From: Dehalococcoidia bacterium
GTDB lineage: Bacteria; Chloroflexota; Dehalococcoidia; Lucifugimonadales; G958296245
NCBI GenBank assembly: GCA_963664035.2
Contig: OY760867.2
Coordinates: forward strand, 3,212,503 to 3,276,502
Direction: 5' to 3'
DNA length: 64,000 bases
Part shown: positions 54,701 to 64,000 of the stretch, piece by piece
How positions within the stretch are numbered: the first letter of the stretch is position 1
How the letters are laid out: every line of letters begins with the position of its first letter
Made by a program: the position numbers and the translations under genes
Notes under the pieces: generated by a model
Databases searched by the model: none
The model's input: the letters and a program-made list of their open reading frames with translations, nothing else
What the model was told of the DNA's origin: nothing

Positions 54701-57700
54701 GCCCATGTTGTCCTCCGGGCTGCCGAAGGCGGCGGCGTAGCTGGTCGAGTCGGAGGCGTTGTCCACCACGCCGTCGCCGTCCAGGTCGTAGCGTATGGCG
54801 TTCAGCTTCGCCAGCGAGTCCACGTCTATCAGGCCGTCGTTGTCCGCGTCGTAGTCCACGTCGCCTGTGGTGGGCGTGATGCTCGCCGGGTCCGACGGCA
54901 CGGAGTTGTCATAGCCCGTCTTGGTGGCGATGACCCGGAAGTAGTACGTCGTCCCCGACATCAGCCCCGTCGTGACCTTCAGCGTGGTGTTGCCGCCGCC
55001 CGATACCGCCGTCTCCGTGACGACGGCGAAGGTGGTGGACATGCTCCGCTGCACGGTGTACCCCGTAGCCCCCATCACCGTGTCCCAGTCCACCTGCACG
55101 TTCACGCCGTCGACGGAGAGCTTGACGCCCGTGGGATTGGCCAGCGTGTCTTCGTCGACGATGGTGATGGACAGGGCCGCGCCGGGGATGCTCACCCACG
55201 GGTCGCCGGTGTCGGCGGCGAGGGTGAACGACGGGTCGGTGGCTACCTGCGTCTTGTTGTTCACCGCCGTCAGCGTCGCCGTCGTCGTTGTCGCGCCCTT
55301 GGCGATGGTCATCGTCGTCGTGCTAAGCGTGTACGCCGAGTTCGTCGGCAGGGTGACGATTACGTCGGCGTGCCAAGCGTTGGCCAGGGTGGCGGTGATG
55401 GTGGCCGAGGTCTGCGGGCTCGCGCCGCAGGCGTTGGCGTCGGTGCCCTTGGCGGACTCGCAGATGGTGGTCCGGTTGGCGGACATGGTGATGGTGGCCC
55501 GCTGCGGCGGGATCGTCAGGTGGTATTGCAGCACCGGGTAGTCGGACGCCGTCCCGAAGTGCCACGGGTCGTCGTTGCCCGTCACGCCGTCCAGGTTCAG
55601 GTCCCAGTTGGCGTAGATGGCGTTGCCCGTGCCGTAGGCCGTGGGCGTCTGGAGCTCGCTGGTCGTCTTGCCCGTGCCCTGGCCGGTGGCGGTGATGCCG
55701 GACACGTCGGTGTCCCAGTAGCTGTCGGTGGTCGTGCCGGAGACGTGATTCCCGGTCAGGCCGCCGACGCTGTTGGTAGGTTGGTAAATAGTGCCGGTGC
55801 CTGTGGTGGTGGCCGTGGGCGTTCCGACGGAGTAGCTGGCGGTTATCTTGCCGCCGTCCTGCGTCCCCACGAGGCCGCCGGCGTTGAGCTTGGTGAAAAG
55901 GTTGTATTGAACTCCAGTGGCGTAGGCGGTCGCCGTCGCGTCCGCCTCGGAGTAGCTGGACTTGATTTCGCCGTCCTTGTGGTAGCCGATGAGGCCGCCG
56001 GCGTGCCCTTCCCCATTGTTTTGAGAACTGACGATGGCGGTTGCGGAGCCGCGGGCATAGGTGGCGACGATGTCGCCGCCGTCCTGGTAGGCGACGAGGC
56101 CGCCGGCGTAGGACTTGGAGTTGGCGTCGTTGGCGGCGAAGTTGGCGGTGGTGGTGACGCGGGCGTAGCTAGACGTTATGGAGCCGCCGACCTGCCGCCC
56201 AATCAAGCCGCCGGCGTGGGGGTGCTTGTCCGTGCCGCTGACCGGTTCGACGGTGGCGTTGACGGTTCCTGTTACGTATGTCTTGAATATCTCGCCCGCG
56301 CTGTACCCCGCCAGACCTCCGGCATAGACTTCGGGGGCGCTGGGGATGCTGGTGAGGTAGTTCTTGAACGTTACGGAGACGTCCTCCACGCCCAGGTTCC
56401 TGATCTTCGCGCCGCTGCCCACGTCTCCGAACAGCCCGGCGAAGAGTGTATATATGTGAGGGTCCGTATTGGTGCCGCTGCCGGTCCGCGTCCCGCGGCG
56501 GTTGATGAACAGGTTGGAGATGACGTAGTTGTTGCCCTCGAAGACGGCGTTGAAGGGGTCGCTGCTGCCGTCGGGCGAGGTGGAATCGTGGGCGATGGGC
56601 TGCCAGCCCGCCCCGCCGTCCCAGTAGGTGTCGCCCGTTATGTCGGTGCGCCTGTCGTTGTTGGTGTCGAAGTCCAGGCTGTTGGAAAGCTCGTAGCCCG
56701 TGCAGGCGGGGTTGCCCGTGCCCGCCATTATGGAGGCGACGGACTCGTTGCAGCCCATGTTGTCCTCGGCGTTCGGGAACGCCGTGTCGTAAGAGGACTG
56801 GTTCGACGAGTCATCGGCCACCCCGTCGCCGTCCAGATCCCACCGAATGGCGTTGAGCTGGGCGAGGGTGGTAATTTCGATCAGCCCGTCGTTGTCCGCG
56901 TCGTAGTCGCCGTCGCCCGCGCTGGTCTTGGTCGTCGCGCTCACCACGTCGGACGGCTGCTCGTCCACGCCGCCGCCCTTGGTGGACAGCACCCGCACGT
57001 AGTAGGTGGTGTCGGCCGTCAGCGCGGGCGTAGGGCTGATGGTATAGGTTACGGTGCTGCCGCTCGATATGGTAGTCGTTCCCGTCGGGCTTGCCCACGA
57101 GTCCGCCGTGTGCCACTCCACCCTATAGCCCGTCGCGTCCGTAACCTGCGTCCAGTCCACCTGTATCTTCGTGCCGTCCACCGAGAGCTTGACGTTGGTG
57201 GGCTTGGCGAGCTCGTCGTCGTCCTTGATGGTGAGCGTCAGGGTGGACGGGGTAATCGCGATCCACCCGGTATCGAACGATACGCTGGGCGCTAGGTCTA
57301 TGGCGTTGTCGGCCGGTTGCGTCGTTCCGCACGCGCCCGTGCCGCAGTCGGTGTTGTTCACCGCCGTAATCGAGGTTGTGGCCACGGTTGTGCCGGCGGG
57401 GAAGGCGAGCGTGGTCGTGCCCAGGGTGTATGCGCTGCTGGGGGCCAGCGTGGCGACGGCATCGGAGTTCCATGCCTTGTTCAGCGTCAGGGTGAGCACG
57501 GTGGAGTTGGCGCGGCTCGGCGTGATGAGGGCGCGCTCCCAGATCGTCGTCGTGCTGAGCGACAGCGTAGTGGTGGCGCGCTGGTCGGCCGGGTCCAGCG
57601 TGCCGTACTTGAGCGCCGGGTACTGGCTGGCCGAGCCGAAGTGCCAGGGGTCGTCGCCGCCCGTTACGCTGTCCAGATCCAGGTTCCAGTTCGCGTAGAT

Positions 57701-60700
57701 GCTGTTGCCCGTGCCGTAGGCCGTAGGCGTCTGTAGCTCGCTGGTGGTCATAGGCGTGCCCGTCGCGCTGGTGGAGACACCGGAAGTCTGCGTGTCCCAG
57801 TACGAATAGGTGGTGCTGCCGCCGCCCGTGCGGAATCCCACCAGCCCGCCCGTGCTCAGCGTGCCGTCCCCGCTCGCCGTCACCGCGCCGGTGGCGAATG
57901 ACGCCGTGATGTTGTTACCGGACTGCCTACCCACCAGGCCGCCTGCGTAGGACCATCCAGTGATGCCGGTCGTGACCGCCGCGTCGTAACTGGCGAAGAC
58001 GTCGCCCCTGGCGTAGGACGCGCTCACGCTTGCACCGGAGGACAGGTATCCCACCAGCCCGCCCGCGTAGGCATTGCTGCTGTTTTGGGCGCTGGTGTTA
58101 GCGACAACGTCCCCGCCAGCGTAGGATGCGCTCACGCTTCCATGAGAGTGCCCAATCAGGCCGCCCGCGTAGATGCCGATGCCGGTCTGTGTGCCCGTCG
58201 AGTAACCCGTCACGTCGGCCAGGGAGTAGCTGGAAGTGATGCTACCGAAAGACCGGCCCACCAAGCCGCCCACGTAAGTCTGGCCGCTATAGGTGAAGGT
58301 GACGGGGTTCGTGGCCGACTCGCCGGCCCGCACCCTGCCGGTAGTGTAGCTGTCTTCGATGGTGCTCGGGCCGATGTAACCCGCAAGCCCGCCCACGAAA
58401 ACGCTGTCGCTGCTGATCGTCGTGCTGACCGTGATGTCCACGTTCACCAACCCGACGTCCTCTACGGTATGGTTGCCATTGCTGTCGAATCTCCCGAACA
58501 GGCCCCAGTGTCTGCCGCCCACCGTGCTGTTGATGAACAGGTTGCTTATGGTGTAAGGCCCGCCGTCGCCGCTCGCGTCCGTGTCCGCGTTGCCGTCGAA
58601 GTCGCCGGTGTAGGGATTCGCATTCGTCCTAGTCGTAGTCGCGCCGATCGGGTTCCAGCCCGCGCCGCCGTTCCAGTACGTATCGCCGATGTCCGCGCCC
58701 GACGGGTTGGCCGTCGACGTCGCGCTGCCGTCGGTGTTGAAGTCCAGGTTGGCGCGCAGTTCGTAGCCCACGCAGCCGGTGTTGGGGCAGCCCAGGTTCG
58801 CCACGCCCCCGGAGAAGGCGGCGGTGTAGGTGGAGGTGCCGTGCTCGGGCGAGCCGTTCCCGTCCAGGTCGTAGCGAACGGCGTTAAGCTGCGCCAGCGT
58901 GGTTATCTCCAGCATCCCGTCGCCGTCGGCGTCGTAGTCCTTGCCCGGGCTTACGTTGCTGGTAGTGGTGAAGGCGCTGTCGTCTATGCCGCTGTTGGCC
59001 GCGCCCACCGCGGACACACGGACGTCGTACAGCTTGGTGGGGTCGAGGCCGGTAATGGTGTGGCTGCACTTGGTGTTGTTCTCCAGCGTGCAGGACGACG
59101 CCTGTACGGTAGCCGCCAGGGTCCAGGCGCTCGCCGTGGACTCCTTGTACTCCAGCTTGTAGGCGGCCGCGCCCGTGCTGGTGGCCCAGGTCACCACCAG
59201 GGACGTCCGGTTCGGGTTGCCCGTGTCCTTGGCCGCCGCGATGCTAGACGGCGCGGCCAGTTCGTCGTCGTCCTTGATGGTGATGGTGGTGGTCGCGCCA
59301 ATGATGACCCACGTGGTGTTCGTGTGGTCGTTGCCGCGTGCGAGGGTTGCGACGAAGTCGTTGGCGTCCAGGTAGTTGTTCACCGCCGTCAGCGACGTGG
59401 TGGCGGTGGTGGCCCCGGCCGATATGGTGAGCGTGTTCGCGCCCAGCGTGTACGCGGCGTTCGTCGGCAGCGTCACCACCACGTCCTCGTTCCACGTCCC
59501 GTTCAGCGTCGCCGTCAACTCGGCCGAATTCACCCTGCTCGGGCTGCTAAGCGCGCGCTCCCAGATAGTGGACGGGCTGACGCTCAGCGTAGTAGTGGCG
59601 CGCTGGTCGGCCGGGTCCAGCGTGCCGTACTTCAGCACAGGGTACTGGCTGGCCGAGCCGAAGTCCCACGGGTCGTCGTTCGTGTTGTCGCTGTCCAGGT
59701 CCAGGTTCCAGTTCGCGTAGATGCCGCTGTAGCCCGTAGGCGACTGTGACTGCGCCGTCGTCTTGCCCGTACCCTGGCCCGTGGCGGTGATGCCGGAGGT
59801 GTCCGTGTCCCAATAGGAGTTGGCGGCAGTGCCGCTATTATTGCCCACCAGGCCGCCCGCCGCGAGCGTTCCGTCTCCCGTCGCCGTGGGCGCGCCGGTG
59901 GAGAAGGACGCGGTAACGCTGCCGGTCCCGGTTTGGTAACCCACCAGGCCACCCGCGTAGGCTTTGCCGGTCATGCCGGTTGTGACAGTGTCGTCATGGT
60001 CGGCGGAGACTTCCCCCCTCGCGTAGGACGCGCTCACGCTTCCAAGAAGGTATCCCACCAGGCCGCCCGCGTAGGACTCGCTGCTGTTCTGGGCCTCGGT
60101 GTTGGCGGAGACGGCCCCGCCCGCGTAGGACGCGCTCACGCTTCCACTACTGCCGACGTATCCAACCAGGCCGCCCGCAAAGGTCCCAATGTTGGTATTG
60201 CTGCTGCCCTTGGAGTGGCCCGTGACGTCGGCCAGCGAGTAGCTCGCGGTGACATCGCCTTCGATCCTGCCCACCAGCCCGCCTACCCGGGAGTAACTGT
60301 AGTCACCCGTGAAAGTGACGGGGCTCGTAGCCGACTCTCCGGCCCTGACCCGGCCGGTGGTGTAGCTGTCCTCGATGTTCACGCCCCCACTGCCCATGAG
60401 TCCCGCCAGCCCTCCCACGTCGACTTCGCTGACGCCCGACGGGGTCAAGGTAACGTCCACGTTGACGAGGGCGACGTTCTCCACCAGCGCGCCGCTGCCG
60501 CCGTTGAGGTAGGCGAAGAGGCCGGCGTACTTGCCCGAGGTGCGGGCGATGAAGAGGTTGGAGATGGTGTAGGTGTTGCCGTTGAAGTCGCCCGTATATG
60601 CGGTGACCGTGTACGGGCTGGCGCTTGCCATGCCGATGGGCAGCCAGCCCGTGCCGGAGTTCCAGTAGGTGTCGCCGGAGTCCGCGCCCGTGGGGTTGGC

Positions 60701-63700
60701 GCTGCTCTTCGCGCTGCTGTTGGTGTTGAAGTCCAGGTTCGCCGCTAGCTCGTAGCCCGTGCAGGCCGGGTTGCCGGGGCCCGCCGTTATGGTGGCGGCG
60801 GACTCGTTGCAGCCCATGTTGTCCTCGGCGTTCGGGAACGCCGCCGCGTAGCTCGTCGCGTTCGCCGCGTCGTCCACGACGCCGTTCCCGTCCAGGTCCC
60901 ACCGCATCGCGTTAAGCTGCGCCAGGTTGCTGACCTCGATCAGCCCGTCGTTGTCCGCGTCGTAGTCCCCCGTCCCCGCGCTGGCCTTGGTCGTGGCGCT
61001 CACTGCGTCCGACGGCGGCTCGTCCGCCCCGCTCTTCGTCGGCAGCACCCGCACGTAGTACGTCGTGTTCGCGCTCAGCGCGGGCGTCGGGTCGATGACG
61101 TAGTTCACCGTGCTCCCGCTCGACACGGTAGCCTCCGACGGACTTGCCCACGAGTCCGACGTGTTCCACTGCACCTTGTACCCAGTCGCCCCCGTCACCT
61201 GCGTCCAGTCCGCCCGTATCTTCGTGCCGTCCACCGACAGCCTGAGGCCCGTCGGCTTCGTCAGCTCGTCGTCGTCGTTGATCGTTATGCTTACGTCCGT
61301 GCCCTTCGAGACCCACGTCGTGTCCGTGGGATGGGTCGCCTGCGTCAGCGTCACGACGGCGTTCGCGGCGTCCACGAAGTTGTTCACCGCCGTCAGCGTG
61401 ACCGTCGTAGTCGTCGCCCCCGCCGCGATGGTGCTCGTAGCCGCGCTCAGCGTGTACGCCGCGTTCGTCGGGAAGGTCACCTCCACGTCCTCGTTCCATG
61501 CCTTGTCCAGCGTCGCCGTGACCGTCGCGCTGTTCACTCTGCTAGGGCTGCTCAGCGCCCGCTCCCAGATCGTCGCCGGGCTCACGCTCAGCGTCAGCCC
61601 GGCGCGCTGGTCCGCCGCCGTCAGGCTCTCGTACTTCAGCGTCGGGTACTGGTTCGCCGTCCCGAAGTCCCACGCGTCCTGCAGGCCCGCCGTCGTCGTG
61701 TCCAGGTCAATGTCCCAGTCCTTATATATGTCGTCCGCGCCCGTGCCGTAGGCCGTCGGCGTCTGGAGCTCGGAGGTCGTCTTGCCCGTGCCGGAGCCCG
61801 TGGCCGTGATGCCCGATGCCTGCGTGTCCCAGTAGGAGTCCGACGTCGCGCCGCCCGTGCGGTGGCCCGCCAGCCCGCCCGCCGCCAGCGTGCCGTCTCC
61901 CGTCGCCGTTGCCCGTCCCGTGGAGAACGACGCCGTGACGTTCGCGCCCTGCCAACCCACCAAGCCGCCGACCCTCGCCCGTCCTGTGACGTTTGTGGTT
62001 GCGGTGGCGTCGTAGTCGCCGGAGACCGCGCCCCGCGCGTAGGACGCGCTAATTGCCCCGTTGGTGTGTCCGACCAGGCCGCCAGCGTGGACCCTCCCGT
62101 TGTTCTGCGCCACGGTGTTTCCCGACACCGCCCCGCCCGCGAACGACGCGCTCACGCCCCCACTGCCGACGCGGCCGGCCAAGCCGCCAACGTTCGTCAC
62201 GACTCCGGTCTGCGCGCTCGTCGAATAGCCCGTCACGTCGGCCAGCGAGTAGCTGGAAACGATGCTGCCTTTCGACCAGCCCACCAGGCCGCCGACGTAG
62301 GAATTGAGGCTGCTCGCGGTGAGCGTCACCGGCTCGGTGGCCGACTCGCCGGCCCGAACCCTACCCGTGGTGTAGCTGTCCTTGATGGACACGGTCGTGT
62401 TGAAGACGTGCCCCGCCAGGCCGCCCACGTGAACGGCGCTGCCCGTCGTGACGTTCAGCGTCACGTCCACGTTCACCAGCGAGACGTTCTCGATGGTCTG
62501 GTTTGTGCCGTTCAGATGCGCGAACAGCCCCGCGTAGTTGCCGCTCGTCCGGTCGATGTACAGGTTTGAGATGGTGAAGGTCTGGCCGTCGAAGTCGCCG
62601 GTGTAGGCGCTGCCGCTCACGCCGCCGATGGGCTCCCATCCCGCGCCGGAGTTCCAGTAGGCGTCGTCGCTGCGGGTGCCCTTCGTCCCCGTGTCGAAGT
62701 CCAGGTCCTTGGTCAGCTCGTAGCCTCTGCAGGCGGGGTTGCCGGTGTCGTTGGAGGAGATGGACGCCGCCGTCTCGCCGCAGCCCATGTTGTCTTCGGC
62801 GTTGGGGAATGCCAGGTCGTAGCTGGCCTGGTTGCTGGGATCGTCCGCCTGGCCGTCGCCGTCCAGGTCCCAGCGAATGGCGTTGAGCTTGGCGAGGGTG
62901 TCGACGCCTATCAGCCCGTTGTTGTCGTTGTCGTAGTCCACCTTGTTGGAGGCGGGCGTCGCGCTCACCGAGTCCGACGGCGTGGAGTCGTCGTAGCCCG
63001 TCGCCGTGGCGATTACGCGGAAGTAGTAGGTCGTGCCCGACGTCAGCCCCGATGTGACCCTCAGCGTGGTGTTGCCGCCGCCCGTTACCGGCGTCTCCGT
63101 GACGGTGGCGAAGGTGCTGGACGCGCTCCGCTGCACCTTGTACCCCGTCGCGTCCGTAACCGCCGTCCAGTCCAACTGGACGTTCGCGCCGTCCACCGAG
63201 ATTTTGACGCCGGTGGGCTTGGCGACGATGTCCTCGTCCGTGATGGTCAGGGACGCCCCGGTGATGTTCACCCAGTTCCGGCCCGTCGCCGGCGTCAGCG
63301 TCACCGTATTGTTCGCCGCGTCCGTCTTGTTGTTCACCGCTCCCACCGTCAGCGTTCCGCTCGTGGAGCTGGCGGCTATGGTTATCGTCGACTTCGCCGT
63401 GCTGCCCGACTTCAGGGTGTAGACGGCGGCGTTGGTGCTGAACGTGAGGGTTACCGGGACTTCCTGCGCCGGGCTGATGGTGGCCGTCATCGTGGAGGAG
63501 GTTAAGGGAGACGCGCCGCAGGCGCTCGCGTTCGTTCCGGCCGAGCTTTCGCAGATGCTGGCCGGCGAGAACGCCACGGTCACCGCCGCCCGCTGGTCCG
63601 CCGCCGTCAACCCGTAGTCCAGGACGGGGTATTGGGTGGCGGTTCCGAAGTCCCAGGGGTCGTCGTTGGCGCTTGTGCCGCCAACGTTCACGTCCCAGCT

Positions 63701-64000
63701 GGCGTAGATGCCCGTCTCCGTAGTCGGCGTCTTCAATGCGCTGGTGGTCTTGCCCTCCGGCGCGTTCGAGTCCGTGTCGTCGGCGATGCCGGAGGTCGTG
63801 GCGTCCCAGTAGCTGTAGTTGACCGTGCCGGACTGGGTCGCCGTGAAGCCGCCGGACGCGGTGGTCGCGCCGGTCCCGGTCCCCGATCCCGTGTGGCTTC
63901 CCGTGGAGAAGGACGCGCTGATGGTCGCGCCGCTCGCGTTCGTCGCCGCGAACCCGCCCCGCGCGACCTTGTTGCCCTTGACCGTGCCCGCGCCGTGGGA
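30749..64000 (-). CDS. Giant cell-surface protein (GLUG modules + cadherin/Ig-like segment + ~53 FN3 + PT stalk + C-terminal TM anchor); at least 11,083 codons, 5' end beyond the right window edge
   Basis: The track ORF 30749..63736 starts at an internal TTG. The same frame translates without a stop to 64000 as ...[36 protein letters not shown]...[28 protein letters not shown](L)[10 protein letters not shown], which is the normal module sequence. The stop TAG is at 30749-30751. The amino-acid composition is coherent and non-degenerate across 33 kb. Confidence 0.9.
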   Translation of the reverse strand, partial: SHGAGTVKGNKVARGGFAATNASGATISASFSTGSHTGSGTGTGATTASGGFTATQSGTVNYSYWDATTSGIADDTDSNAPEGKTTSALKTPTTETGIYASWDVNVGGTSANDDPWDFGTATQYPVLDYGLTAADQRAAVTVAFSPASICESSAGTNASACGASPLTSSTMTATISPAQEVPVTLTFSTNAAVYTLKSGSTAKSTITIAASSTSGTLTVGAVNNKTDAANNTVTLTPATGRNWVNITGASLTITDEDIVAKPTGVKISVDGANVQLDWTAVTDATGYKVQRSASSTFATVTETPVTGGGNTTLRVTSGLTSGTTYYFRVIATATGYDDSTPSDSVSATPASNKVDYDNDNNGLIGVDTLAKLNAIRWDLDGDGQADDPSNQASYDLAFPNAEDNMGCGETAASISSNDTGNPACRGYELTKDLDFDTGTKGTRSDDAYWNSGAGWEPIGGVSGSAYTGDFDGQTFTISNLYIDRTSGNYAGLFAHLNGTNQTIENVSLVNVDVTLNVTTGSAVHVGGLAGHVFNTTVSIKDSYTTGRVRAGESATEPVTLTASSLNSYVGGLVGWSKGSIVSSYSLADVTGYSTSAQTGVVTNVGGLAGRVGSGGVSASFAGGAVSGNTVAQNNGRVHAGGLVGHTNGAISASYARGAVSGDYDATATTNVTGRARVGGLVGWQGANVTASFSTGRATATGDGTLAAGGLAGHRTGGATSDSYWDTQASGITATGSGTGKTTSELQTPTAYGTGADDIYKDWDIDLDTTTAGLQDAWDFGTANQYPTLKYESLTAADQRAGLTLSVSPATIWERALSSPSRVNSATVTATLDKAWNEDVEVTFPTNAAYTLSAATSTIAAGATTTTVTLTAVNNFVDAANAVVTLTQATHPTDTTWVSKGTDVSITINDDDELTKPTGLRLSVDGTKIRADWTQVTGATGYKVQWNTSDSWASPSEATVSSGSTVNYVIDPTPALSANTTYYVRVLPTKSGADEPPSDAVSATTKASAGTGDYDADNDGLIEVSNLAQLNAMRWDLDGNGVVDDAANATSYAAAFPNAEDNMGCNESAATITAGPGNPACTGYELAANLDFNTNSSAKSSANPTGADSGDTYWNSGTGWLPIGMASASPYTVTAYTGDFNGNTYTISNLFIARTSGKYAGLFAYLNGGSGALVENVALVNVDVTLTPSGVSEVDVGGLAGLMGSGGVNIEDSYTTGRVRAGESATSPVTFTGDYSYSRVGGLVGRIEGDVTASYSLADVTGHSKGSSNTNIGTFAGGLVGYVGSSGSVSASYAGGAVSANTEAQNSSESYAGGLVGYLLGSVSASYARGEVSADHDDTVTTGMTGKAYAGGLVGYQTGTGSVTASFSTGAPTATGDGTLAAGGLVGNNSGTAANSYWDTDTSGITATGQGTGKTTAQSQSPTGYSGIYANWNLDLDSDNTNDDPWDFGSASQYPVLKYGTLDPADQRATTTLSVSPSTIWERALSSPSRVNSAELTATLNGTWNEDVVVTLPTNAAYTLGANTLTISAGATTATTSLTAVNNYLDANDFVATLARGNDHTNTTWVIIGATTTITIKDDDELAAPSSIAAAKDTGNPNRTSLVVTWATSTGAAAYKLEYKESTASAWTLAATVQASSCTLENNTKCSHTITGLDPTKLYDVRVSAVGAANSGIDDSAFTTTSNVSPGKDYDADGDGMLEITTLAQLNAVRYDLDGNGSPEHGTSTYTAAFSGGVANLGCPNTGCVGYELRANLDFNTDGSATSTANPSGADIGDTYWNGGAGWNPIGATTTRTNANPYTGDFDGNADTDASGDGGPYTISNLFINSTVGGRHWGLFGRFDSNGNHTVEDVGLVNVDITVSTTISSDSVFVGGLAGYIGPSTIEDSYTTGRVRAGESATNPVTFTYSGQTYVGGLVGRSFGSITSSYSLADVTGYSTGTQTGIGIYAGGLIGHSHGSVSASYAGGDVVANTSAQNSSNAYAGGLVGYLSSGASVSASYARGDVFASYDAAVTTGITGWSYAGGLVGRQSGNNITASFATGAVTASGDGTLSTGGLVGFRTGGGSTTYSYWDTQTSGVSTSATGTPMTTSELQTPTAYGTGNSIYANWNLDLDSVTGGDDPWHFGSASQYPALKYGTLDPADQRATTTLSLSTTTIWERALITPSRANSTVLTLTLNKAWNSDAVATLAPSSAYTLGTTTLAFPAGTTVATTSITAVNNTDCGTGACGTTQPADNAIDLAPSVSFDTGWIAITPSTLTLTIKDDDELAKPTNVKLSVDGTKIQVDWTQVTDATGYRVEWHTADSWASPTGTTTISSGSTVTYTISPTPALTADTTYYVRVLSTKGGGVDEQPSDVVSATTKTSAGDGDYDADNDGLIEITTLAQLNAIRWDLDGDGVADDSSNQSSYDTAFPNAEDNMGCNESVASIMAGTGNPACTGYELSNSLDFDTNNDRRTDITGDTYWDGGAGWQPIAHDSTSPDGSSDPFNAVFEGNNYVISNLFINRRGTRTGSGTNTDPHIYTLFAGLFGDVGSGAKIRNLGVEDVSVTFKNYLTSIPSAPEVYAGGLAGYSAGEIFKTYVTGTVNATVEPVSGTDKHPHAGGLIGRQVGGSITSSYARVTTTANFAANDANSKSYAGGLVAYQDGGDIVATYARGSATAIVSSQNNGEGHAGGLIGYHKDGEIKSSYSEADATATAYATGVQYNLFTKLNAGGLVGTQDGGKITASYSVGTPTATTTGTGTIYQPTNSVGGLTGNHVSGTTTDSYWDTDVSGITATGQGTGKTTSELQTPTAYGTGNAIYANWDLNLDGVTGNDDPWHFGTASDYPVLQYHLTIPPQRATITMSANRTTICESAKGTDANACGASPQTSATITATLANAWHADVIVTLPTNSAYTLSTTTMTIAKGATTTTATLTAVNNKTQVATDPSFTLAADTGDPWVSIPGAALSITIVDEDTLANPTGVKLSVDGVNVQVDWDTVMGATGYTVQRSMSTTFAVVTETAVSGGGNTTLKVTTGLMSGTTYYFRVIATKTGYDNSVPSDPASITPTTGDVDYDADNDGLIDVDSLAKLNAIRYDLDGDGVVDNASDSTSYAAAFGSPEDNMGCGESAVTISSQNTGNPTCKGYELTANLDFDTGATKGTRSDDTYWNGGQGWLPIGATAGSLTASAYTGEFDGGTSTISNLYVNRSGSTTVGRAGLFAELGSGAAVRNLRLEGVSVTVATNATATSAADVYAGGIAGKSAGSITGSYVEGAVKATQSDNTNTSPSVTEEDAFAGGLVGENTGGIVSSYARATVTAEQLSATASKEAHAGGLAGRQGTGGSIAASYSFGTVAADSRSSTGAKSYAGGLVGYQDSGSVKASYSHASAEAKAAASAATATLTAGGLAGQLQSGASIAASYSTGAPATSGGSSPTTYVGGLAGRNNGTVTNSYWDTTTTGVTATGAGAGKTTSELQTPTSYGITAGIYGLWNIDVGGTAAADDPWDFGTASQYPAIDYGMTAASQRAALTLSATHANICESAKGYGTVQGVTYACGSDDRTSTTITATLGAAEVLPVTVTLDTDSAYTLSAASITIAAGSTTGSVTITAVNDTADASDNAVTVGGATAQNWVSITGASLTIKDEDTLAKPTGVKLSVDGAKAQVDWNTVTGATGYIVQRSTSTTFATVTETTVTGGSTDTLKIKTGLTSGTTYYFRVIATKTGYDDSGPSDSASATPTTGDVDYDADNDGLIDVDTLAKLNAIRWDLDGDGVGDKYDSNDDGDYTDAGEYDYTSNYAGAFGSPEDNMGCGESVATISSQNTGNPTCKGYEITANLDFDTNNSGGPNSGDTYWNGGQGWLPIGATAGTTTTRAFTGEFDGNGGTYTVSNLFINRSGATTVGQAGLFAEIGSGGVVKDLKLRGVSVTVATNSGATTGTDVYAGGLAGKNAGGSITGSSVVGAVKATQSDISSNTTEKDAYAGGIVAHNTGSITSSYARADVTAEQLSATASLDAYAGGLVGYQDTGGSVTASFTTGTVVADSRSATGAEANAGGLIGYQDAGSVRASYSHAHPEAKTAATANTATLNAGGLLGELKAGTVTASFATGEPSTSGGSSPTERKGGLAAHEHAGATVANSYWDTTTSGITATGAGAGTTTTQLQTPTAYGTGIYAAWNIDVGGTAAADDPWDFGTSSQYPVLDYGLTAADQRASVTVAVSPASICETTKGTDTNACGASPVATSTLTATISPAQEVPVTLEVNETAATYRLKSGNTYTTDLVIAAGATTGTLIVEAVNNTTGATDASVTLTPTTDQNWVAMPSGASLTIEDDDFGLIAPAFTLTGGANYTSVTLTWTRQPGATGNKLEYKESADTTWTEVASVTSPHTISPLTSNGVYTFRLAATKTGYDDGPWASATASPGKDYDADDDGLIEITTLAQLNAIRWDLDGDGSVASGDGANYESAFPTAEAGMGCNEDETLPANQVCEGYELSNNLDFDTNGSGGADLGDTYWNGGVGWVPIGGTSTVFYAARFDGNGYEIENLFINSTSGSYAGLFGHIQDGPITNVGVTNVDVKLTTSSGGHVYAGGLAGRISGRIFGSSVTVEDSYTTGSVSATSTMTAADKHLFVGGLAGTLEDGVTISSYSWADVTAVAQGTQSGTNTFAGGLFGAVGEHVLNAAATRVDASYAAGSVSATAPGGSGKHAQAGGLAGQLSPNATIRVSYARGSVSATAPGGAKAYEGGLVGFQRGNIEYSFATGAVTHSTNSNYETGGLVGYKQTGSTTASYYDSETDGRSDRGEGTAKTTSQLQAPTAYGTQSTDIYKDWNLDLDNADNDNNHATGQDDPWDFGTANQYPALKYGALTAADQRPVVSLTLSPTTIYERVGGATQTTVTVTATTEWNRDLVVAVPQDASAYTVGDVTIAAGSTSGTQTLAAVNNYTDASNYSKAMTLATHPAKTGGTTATSTWVSNTTATAPVLNIVDDDELAQVTGVTASQEGGGIRVNWTKVTDATGYRLYWKSGSEVYDDARHVTAGDVATHLVPESGNRFVPGTTYTLMVQATKSGADYSQPSADATAGFKGWVVVSSTAVDVNEPLTGTTTGAYTVRLGTNPTNDVTVTITRKAGTHQGRPTFDTDPNTTGDQATLTFTSSNGTTAQTVTLSVTPDLNDVDTESTTLVHTATSTDANYSGIAAPEVVARAVDGNTPPTSVDVSYDVSAPTYVYIPFKDFTYVDADGNTYQSIIIESLPATGALYVHERNTVTSFCKTRPTRSTCNRTTLVTAGMEVTTATTGNWKLKRLQYRPGSSFSNETSFNFKVKDSTNSESTTYTVALDKVGVPGKPTNFRVTTDDGQATLSWTKPADPPGDPVTKHQVRWVTKNRSRAGPWTDVAIVQNQADYSHTFTGLTNYGGHTFSVRAVNNAGESRAAGVEDAGGPALAAPTDFAASPETGKVVLGWTDPGNSNITSYQYQVRTPNTQELEEVRWQAPASTSNITAWQYRIKSDGGAWGSWANVCRQSTDTACKDRTSYRIQDSTLVSGTTYYVQVQYLAPTATTTKILDGTAYVTTNASGSVTVNWVAVSGATGYRYRTQTGAGEFSDWADAGTGASKIITGLATSTDYQVQVRALKANEEYLLADVLTDTSGPKGSTGMRWPLAWTAMPNSASTTITHDVTAGLAEGAANEFRIRARKGTGADILNGKPSSGASVTLPSAAPSKPTGLTAAARNRSAYLLWDNPSDASIYKWQYSKDNGTTWTDVPSSGASTRRYTATGLTNGTAYTFQVRAVNYKGNSAASDSATATPVGIPAKPTGLQAAGLGSGFVEPPSCNLVLGECHQKGRIRLTWDNPNDSSITGWEYRHASVGAWSGIASVSGPVATPGEVRFHNYANPKPWNVAQQVQVKLTQRPTATVTVSLSRSGMTFSPSSLTFTTGNWNTAQTVNVKLTAEPPKTNGKYNVPKTLDLRPDVNVSASSLTFTTANWSTAQTISVRPATKPLVPTQISFAQYGVTFSPHAVFFTTANWRTAQTVSVRLNAQPQADMTVPTPWIAIPNSGTSTVEHDVHHLTRNAFYTFHVRAVNSAGKSAPSDSARSNTSWRPGKPTGLAASAGTNTARLRWTPPSGPSDKAHGGRKAYEYQYKTDGGWGAWTSTRLGGDSSAYTVTGLAGNTPHTFRLRAVNTYDEPGPVSDEVTVTPTGVPDAPADLSAAAGNATLRVSWTAPTGHVNAITGYEYRYRALGGTTQWQPWVAISASATSVDVGGLINAQEHEVQVRAVNSDGKGASSSIKGTPVAVPSKPAGLAAKSAGTQAFLSWTDPADSTITSYQMRTRSGSAADIVMGAYASKKLTLEWTALNDSSIAKYQYSLNGWWWYDISCGGGSTCPQGTPMSHTINQSLTFGQQYTYQVRGYISNNNTVAVTGLKVWEEISTSAAATSHTAAGLASGTTYKFSLRAVNSTGNGLDATVTPTALAVPSKPAGLTATAKDGSVDLAWTYSNPDDDYVSGWQLRQWTGSNADFVVSDGGGQTFTLSWTASGTSNVTKWEYSADGITWTGICWTAANPGCPSVTSHTFSTGGLSALPSGTHTIQVRAAVSSGTAPTVTNLQAWETVSTSASATSHTATGLTNGTEYTFQVRAVNAAGNGAGSDEAKATPNPPPPGPAAPAVTATVGHGTATLSWTLSPADSSITSWETRHKLTTAGWPTTGTLGWTEVTGTKLALKGSYRAGTGAPYLLLTWTNLNDSLITRYEWRSRRAGTQTWGAWTEICNTASNSGCPSTTSLYVNSGVIPNVNNDVEVRATTKDTRTHTVGSLTNGSAYDFQVRAVSPAGNGAPGAVQATPLARPSAPTVTATPKNGSVILAWTDTSNASTTAAITRWQYRYKSAGGYGAWTNIPGSVASTTSFTRTGLTNNTAYTFQVRAVNASGDGTASAGVSATPLAVPTAPTLASATPSGSASVVLTWTYSGSAAATSWDYSTSTSAGWQSIPGSASTTRSYTVTSLASGTTYTFRVRGVNSLGDGAESNALRATAGVPAAPTGLAAAAVNGQAALAWDDPSNSTISSYELRSRAGTGADFVVGTGASQQTRLEWTNPNNGSITKYQYSADGSNWTDIPCASPCAVGTQTSYTVTATLTNGARVTYRVRGFIAANNTVAVAGLKAWARISTSATYTSHTVTGLTDRTAYTFGLRAANSTGYGDAASVTATPMYKPLGLTAAINTSTDTSVDLSWTAASDSTITGWQYSKDDGATWSDVPSSNASTSSYTATGLSYGKTYRFKVRAAYSVGNSLASDAAAASTKPAKPAGFTATPKHQGAVLAWTDPGNGTITRWEYRQKDTGSYGSWTAIPSSGAATTTFTRTGLTNNTAYTFQVRAVNASGDGVASDEASATPKPVPAAPTGLAATARDKAVDLTWTKTTDTTVTGYEYQWKTGGAWGAAWTAITDSDKDTVSHRVMGLTNNTAHQLRIRAVNSYGNGTASAEVSATPVPPPAAPTGLTATAQSAGALLDWDNANDGTITKWQFRYKTTGGYTTWYDIAGSGANTISYTKTGLTNGTEYTFQVRAVNPSGDGASSSEASATPRPTPTAPDLKSATPGHAQVTLRWLYSSSIAATSYQYSKDGGSTWTTATVSGTVGAITFTVTGLTNGTEYTFRIRGVNSYGNGAESAGVKATPLARPSKPAGFTATPKHRSVDLAWTDSNNSTITGWEYQYKTDGAYGSWTDVPNSTASTTSHTVTGLTNDTSHTFKIRAVNASGDGAESDEKSATPKSSPAKPTGLTATAKAASVDLAWTNPNDATINKWEYRKKSTAGYGSWTQMSMSDTATSYTVTGLTNDTAYTFQIRASNAYGASAESDEATATPTVVKPAKPAGFTATPKNASVILAWDDPGDSTIIRWEYRYKTVFGYTGWFSIPSSGAATTAYTKTGLTNDTEHTFQVRAVSSTGDGAPSDEKKATPRPVPTAPDLKSAAPGDAQVTLRWTYGGSIAATSYQYSKDGGSTWASATVTGTVGAITYTVTGLTNDTEYTFKVRGVNSYGNGAESVGVKATPIAKPSKPSGLAATPKHQSVDLAWNDPGDSSITKWQYTATTSPFDLSPPPYTWTDVEVPLVSNPSAVTFTTQNYPTVQIVVVKLPAAPSSDVTITFDRGVNVRFAPSTLTFTTQNWNTAQGVSVKLAAAPPGGSKTVDLSSAIGSHATSVTVTGLANDTEYKFKVRAVNASGEGAASDEATATPKSAPAKPAGFTAVAKHQSVELKWTDPGDSTIDKWEYQQKSGAGSYGSWTQMSTSAAATVHTVGSLTNNTEYTFRIRASNSYGIGAPSDERTATPVPVPAQPTGLTAAGKHQSVDLTWHAPGNSTITGWEYQYKTGGGYGSWTAVPNGTASTKSYTVTGLTNNTSHTFRIRAVNSAGDGAASAEASATPIPVPSKPTGLSALPNNRQVALSWTNPNNASIEKWQYQYKTTGGYGKWTDVPNSGASTASYAVSNLSNNVTHTFKIRAVNINGPGPASDEASARPVAGAPEAPSLSATGGDAQVTLVWTKGGSTHVDSWQYRRKKGTGNYGSWTSGPSPGNSTTTYAVTGLDNGATYTFQVRGVNTSGNGSVSDEVSAPTLPAKPSRPTAAAKTDKTSILYTEGQVDLSWTDPDNDSITAWQYQYKSKPDGGSYGSYGAWTDMTPTASGNNLAYTVTGLTHGTTYRFKVRAVNAAGAGPASNESAEAKPALPTPAKPAGLTATPKVSKVTLSWTDPNNSTITGWKYRQKEGANTWGNWTAISNSGAATTSVELIGLTNDTTYRFKVRAVNASGDGDESDEAAAIPRALPGKPTGFAASGRLGFAALSWTAPSGSTITHWQYRYTSGGASAITSAAWADVPGSAGNTTSFDTPPLTWNTKYHFQVRAVNGSGPGAASDTDWAFPVATKPLKPSGFTVTSGDGQAVLRWYNTMNSYSSPYFHSWQYRVKPKSDTESGYGDWVTVNEESTSSSDRWHTRTLTGLDNNKTYTYQVRSANGLGHSPVSAEVSVIPLARPTKPAGLGGTGGDGQATLSWTATTDVSTTGWGYQYLVWRVANDGTEAIPGNAQATLKWTHAGNAGISKWQYSTSTSASWTDVSGGASARQATVSSLTNGTAYAYRVRAVDSGGNLVAGTARGPVSATPTAAGGWRHVSGSDHATTEVTLDLSNGASYKARIRAINNAKPNGISPASDAVSFALFPAKPVGFTVAGGNRQTVLSWAGADNSTITKWQARMRTGNFPDFVVGRGASTEVALEWTGPENGSVAKWQYSTDGSTWTDISSSNAATRTHIVTANLTSGTRYTYRVRGYVSSNNTAAATGLEAWTTVSTSATSTSHTVTNLVNGITYKFQLRAVNAVGIGAPSDEKASTMYPAPPANLAAEPGNAQVVLVWDDPNDSSITEYEYQQKEGVSGNYGSWTGVTDSGADTMSYTVAGLTNATQYSFKVRAVNSIGTGAASGEASATPQPAPSQPTDLSASAAGTTVSLSWATTTDTAIRKWQYRQKEGAAAWGAWANVPGSNSATNRLTIPGLDAGTVYYFRVRTVNTNDVAGPGSAVASAATKPLKPTGLAAVKGFRQAALSWNDPGYPSITAWQYRYKSKPKGGQFGGYGPWTDMSPSDASTRTFTVTGLTSATTYAFQVRAKNPAGDSPASDDSNQVKLPAKPGEPQSLAAAKSYRQATNDFRITLSWTLPSDPTIVRWQYRVALAGVDLNAAAWTDIPGSDKDTRSYDLPFSATGAGYRFQVRAVNLGGGGVASSVASVTLTPAATTLSRITTVSYDASDQGFDVTLSWAALDPADPSVSRWEYRAATGDADTDEGEWTTLLGAAFWKTATSTHSSTFHVVESVYGEVMRFQVRAVNRAGDGPASNAEDVTLLPDKPVNFVGNVTQTGASQATLTWTDPQDNSIRNYQYRIMEGSLAAVAADGQATLYWVNPNDPAITKWQYRSKAKPSGGQFGNYGDWTDIPCSSPCSVRTLASYEVSDLTNGTTYTFQVRAVTRQNTSKERPAVLSESIANVGGAGETTLSWPNPSDSDIVKWRYRVRVLPDTGEPDDLAVVTASGQATLYWVNPNDPAVTRWQYRQKAGTGDFGAWTNIPCSSPCAAKTQRSYTVTGLTDGTAYAFQVRAVKPNVEKPLAAVDSWSIGNIGSNGRVTLYWANPNNSFIDKYQYRQKTGAGSFGAWTDITNSGSSTTSYGATGLADGTEYAFEIRGVSQSGMIVTTVGPWSFTAYTASNNKTTLTWANPNNNHVVKYQYRKKTGTGSFNSWTNIPSSDEATTSWDVSCSTGRVCLVEVRPVVHPASDVATATPPSGTTSNFVAGTVEGGWTDIATSPDFSSSTLTFTTGNWNTNQTVGVKLASRPAATVRVRLSMDGVVFSRSTLTFTAGNWNTAQNVSVRLSAQPQADTTVYLGGCCGYIDGAIRSYKVSGLAADKEYLFQVAPVKRIKNVEFPLEAHASWTFTAFNAGNNRTTLTWDDPQDATIRKYQYRQKTGTGSFGRWADIQGSSATTTSYTATCAPVGQPPASQVCTVEVRPIVQTVTYPPTDEATVTPPTNTGWKDISAMVEQTTSAAAGADGAAPANVTLVPRTEYTVTNLDRGQTYSFQLRAVNTAGAGPATINQLTTENIAVTPPAPPRNFAAGNGTDLGTSRLTWDDPSPADSTITGWEYRQRSYGAGTAPTSWKTVSGGADAREAVVNGLDTLNSYGFQVRAVNSVVKSPADGNPSGFAVVNTRGVELSTEQIDEVQGGRFVTYTIVLVNERPTSDVVVKVDVTGDRDVTASPSLVFFTPDDWNEAKTVRITAGSEHIGSRNGVTVEHTAHSHDPGYHGISIGTVTVGEVIAAPPPVIEEPDPRPRPGLGRIPTPEPTPTPTPTPTPTPTPTPEPTPEPTPEPTPEPTPEPTPEPTPEPTPEPTPEPTPAPTPEPTPEPTPAPTPEPTPEPTPAPTPGPTPEPTPEPTPAPTPEPTPEPTPAPTPEPTPAPTPAPTPEPTPTPTPEPTAVPTPEPTPTPTPEPTATPTPEPTPTPTPEPTATATPEPTPTPMPEPTATATPEPELALAVTPTPTPEPTPTAGPAVEPTAAPGAPVDRDAPAPLAWPALLAVAVAIGVLASAVLFLAARRRRRGEDQDQ
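30785..30853 (-). other. C-terminal transmembrane anchor followed by RRRRR stop-transfer tail
   Basis: [34 protein letters not shown]-stop. I see no LPXTG, PEP or GG motif directly before it. Confidence 0.7.
30860..31606 (-). repeat. Pro/Thr/Glu-rich low-complexity stalk (PTPEPTPEP...), with 48-bp tandem DNA units at ~31021-31165
   Basis: The protein runs [30 protein letters not shown]...([12 protein letters not shown])n...[16 protein letters not shown]... On the plus strand, gagtaggctccggcgtggccgtagctgtcggctcaggtgtgggcgtgg is repeated 3 times with point changes. Confidence 0.9.
31950..48095 (-). repeat. Array of ~53 fibronectin type III domains (manual count of F-strand Y-x-F-x-V-R-A-V-N-type motifs)
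   Basis: The recurrent unit is P(A/S)KP(T/A)G(L/F)TAxxxxxxVxLxWxDPxxxxIxxWxY(R/Q)[37 protein letters not shown](Q/K)(V/I)RAVNxxGxGxxSxExxATP. A C-terminal Ig-like domain at 31610-31945 carries ...[20 protein letters not shown]... Confidence 0.85.
48095..48870 (-). other. Unique central segment: Ig-like domain ([18 protein letters not shown]) plus cadherin-like domain ([14 protein letters not shown]...[22 protein letters not shown])
   Basis: The translation runs [40 protein letters not shown]...[15 protein letters not shown]...[21 protein letters not shown]...[31 protein letters not shown]...[10 protein letters not shown]. It occurs only once in the window. 48110-48420 looks less GC-rich by eye. 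Confidence 0.6.
48870..64000 (-). repeat. At least seven ~2-kb tandem GLUG modules, each with the same six parts
   Basis: Each module runs in order: a Ca-binding DxDxDG pair, a Cys pair, a GLUG beta-helix-like repeat region, an SYWDT motif, an Ig-like DDD(E/F)L domain and an FN3 domain. DYD(A/N)D(N/G/D)(D/N)GLI(E/D/G) motifs lie at ~62.92, 60.95, 58.92, 56.89, 54.84, 52.83 and 50.81 kb. Each module has 6-10 (A/V)GGL(V/A/I)G repeats, followed by [31 protein letters not shown]...[17 protein letters not shown]. Confidence 0.85.

Noticed and set aside
49982-57295. A 2,437-aa plus-strand ORF, and many other long plus-strand ORFs (33383-36526, 36647-40171, 43697-45178, 58085-59749, 1526-3277, 5312-6736, 9251-10771) plus off-frame minus ORFs (40848-44600, 50517-54650 etc.).
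   Set aside because: They are antisense or out of frame relative to the giant genes. Their translations are Arg/Gly/Ala/Val/His-rich and featureless, as expected for open non-coding frames in high-GC DNA with strong third-position bias. The in-frame giant ORFs give coherent domain sequences.
1-64000. tRNA, rRNA, integrase/transposase, reverse transcriptase (DGR), toxin-antitoxin pairs, and prophage structural genes.
   Set aside because: I found no sequence or translated motif supporting any of these. The variability of the giant genes therefore cannot be attributed to a DGR from this window.

Overview
High-GC bacterial DNA with no rRNA, tRNA or CRISPR seen. Two paralogous giant minus-strand surface-protein genes frame the window, and both run off its edges.

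Gene 1 (1-11452) has a signal peptide and six ~2-kb GLUG-repeat modules, 3,817 codons in-window. It is missing from the supplied ORF track because it has no in-window stop.

Gene 2 (30749-64000) has at least 11,083 codons. The track's 'M' at 63736 is an internal TTG, and the frame stays open to 64000. From N- to C-terminus it contains:
- at least 7 GLUG modules (48.9-64 kb);
- a unique cadherin-like/Ig-like segment (48.1-48.9 kb);
- about 53 FN3 domains (32-48.1 kb), at least nine of which carry other FN3 domains or LTFTTxNWNTAQ-motif inserts inside their own C-C' loop, up to three levels deep at 32.2-34.5 kb;
- a PT-rich stalk and a C-terminal TM anchor.

Between the two giants lies a 19-kb accessory island containing:
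- a repeat-rich divergent intergenic region with CCACTAW heptads, eight TGTCTCA-like boxes spaced in strict 10/11-bp alternation, a GC-rich hairpin family, and a 123-bp MITE-like element with 15-bp TIRs and an 8-bp TSD;
- two tandem Uma2-family endonuclease genes;
- a soluble single-polypeptide GAF-PAS-HisKA-HATPase-REC-OmpR/PhoB-wHTH two-component protein;
- a frameshifted ~290-bp relic of a GLUG-repeat gene;
- an ArsR-family regulator plus VOC/glyoxalase pair;
- a tightly coupled 13-kb, seven-gene minus-strand operon (17483-30554), the most interesting part.

The operon's gene order is SNF2 helicase-DUF3883 nuclease, ABC-type ATPase plus Toprim-like partner, DUF1156 Zn-ribbon DPPY methyltransferase, a second ABC-type ATPase plus Toprim-like partner, and a HEPN-DUF499 ATPase. 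I read it as an R-M/BREX-like methylation-based defence system with two embedded OLD/PARIS-like ATPase-nuclease modules.

All family names come from motif recognition by eye, not from searches. Domain boundaries are about +-30 nt.
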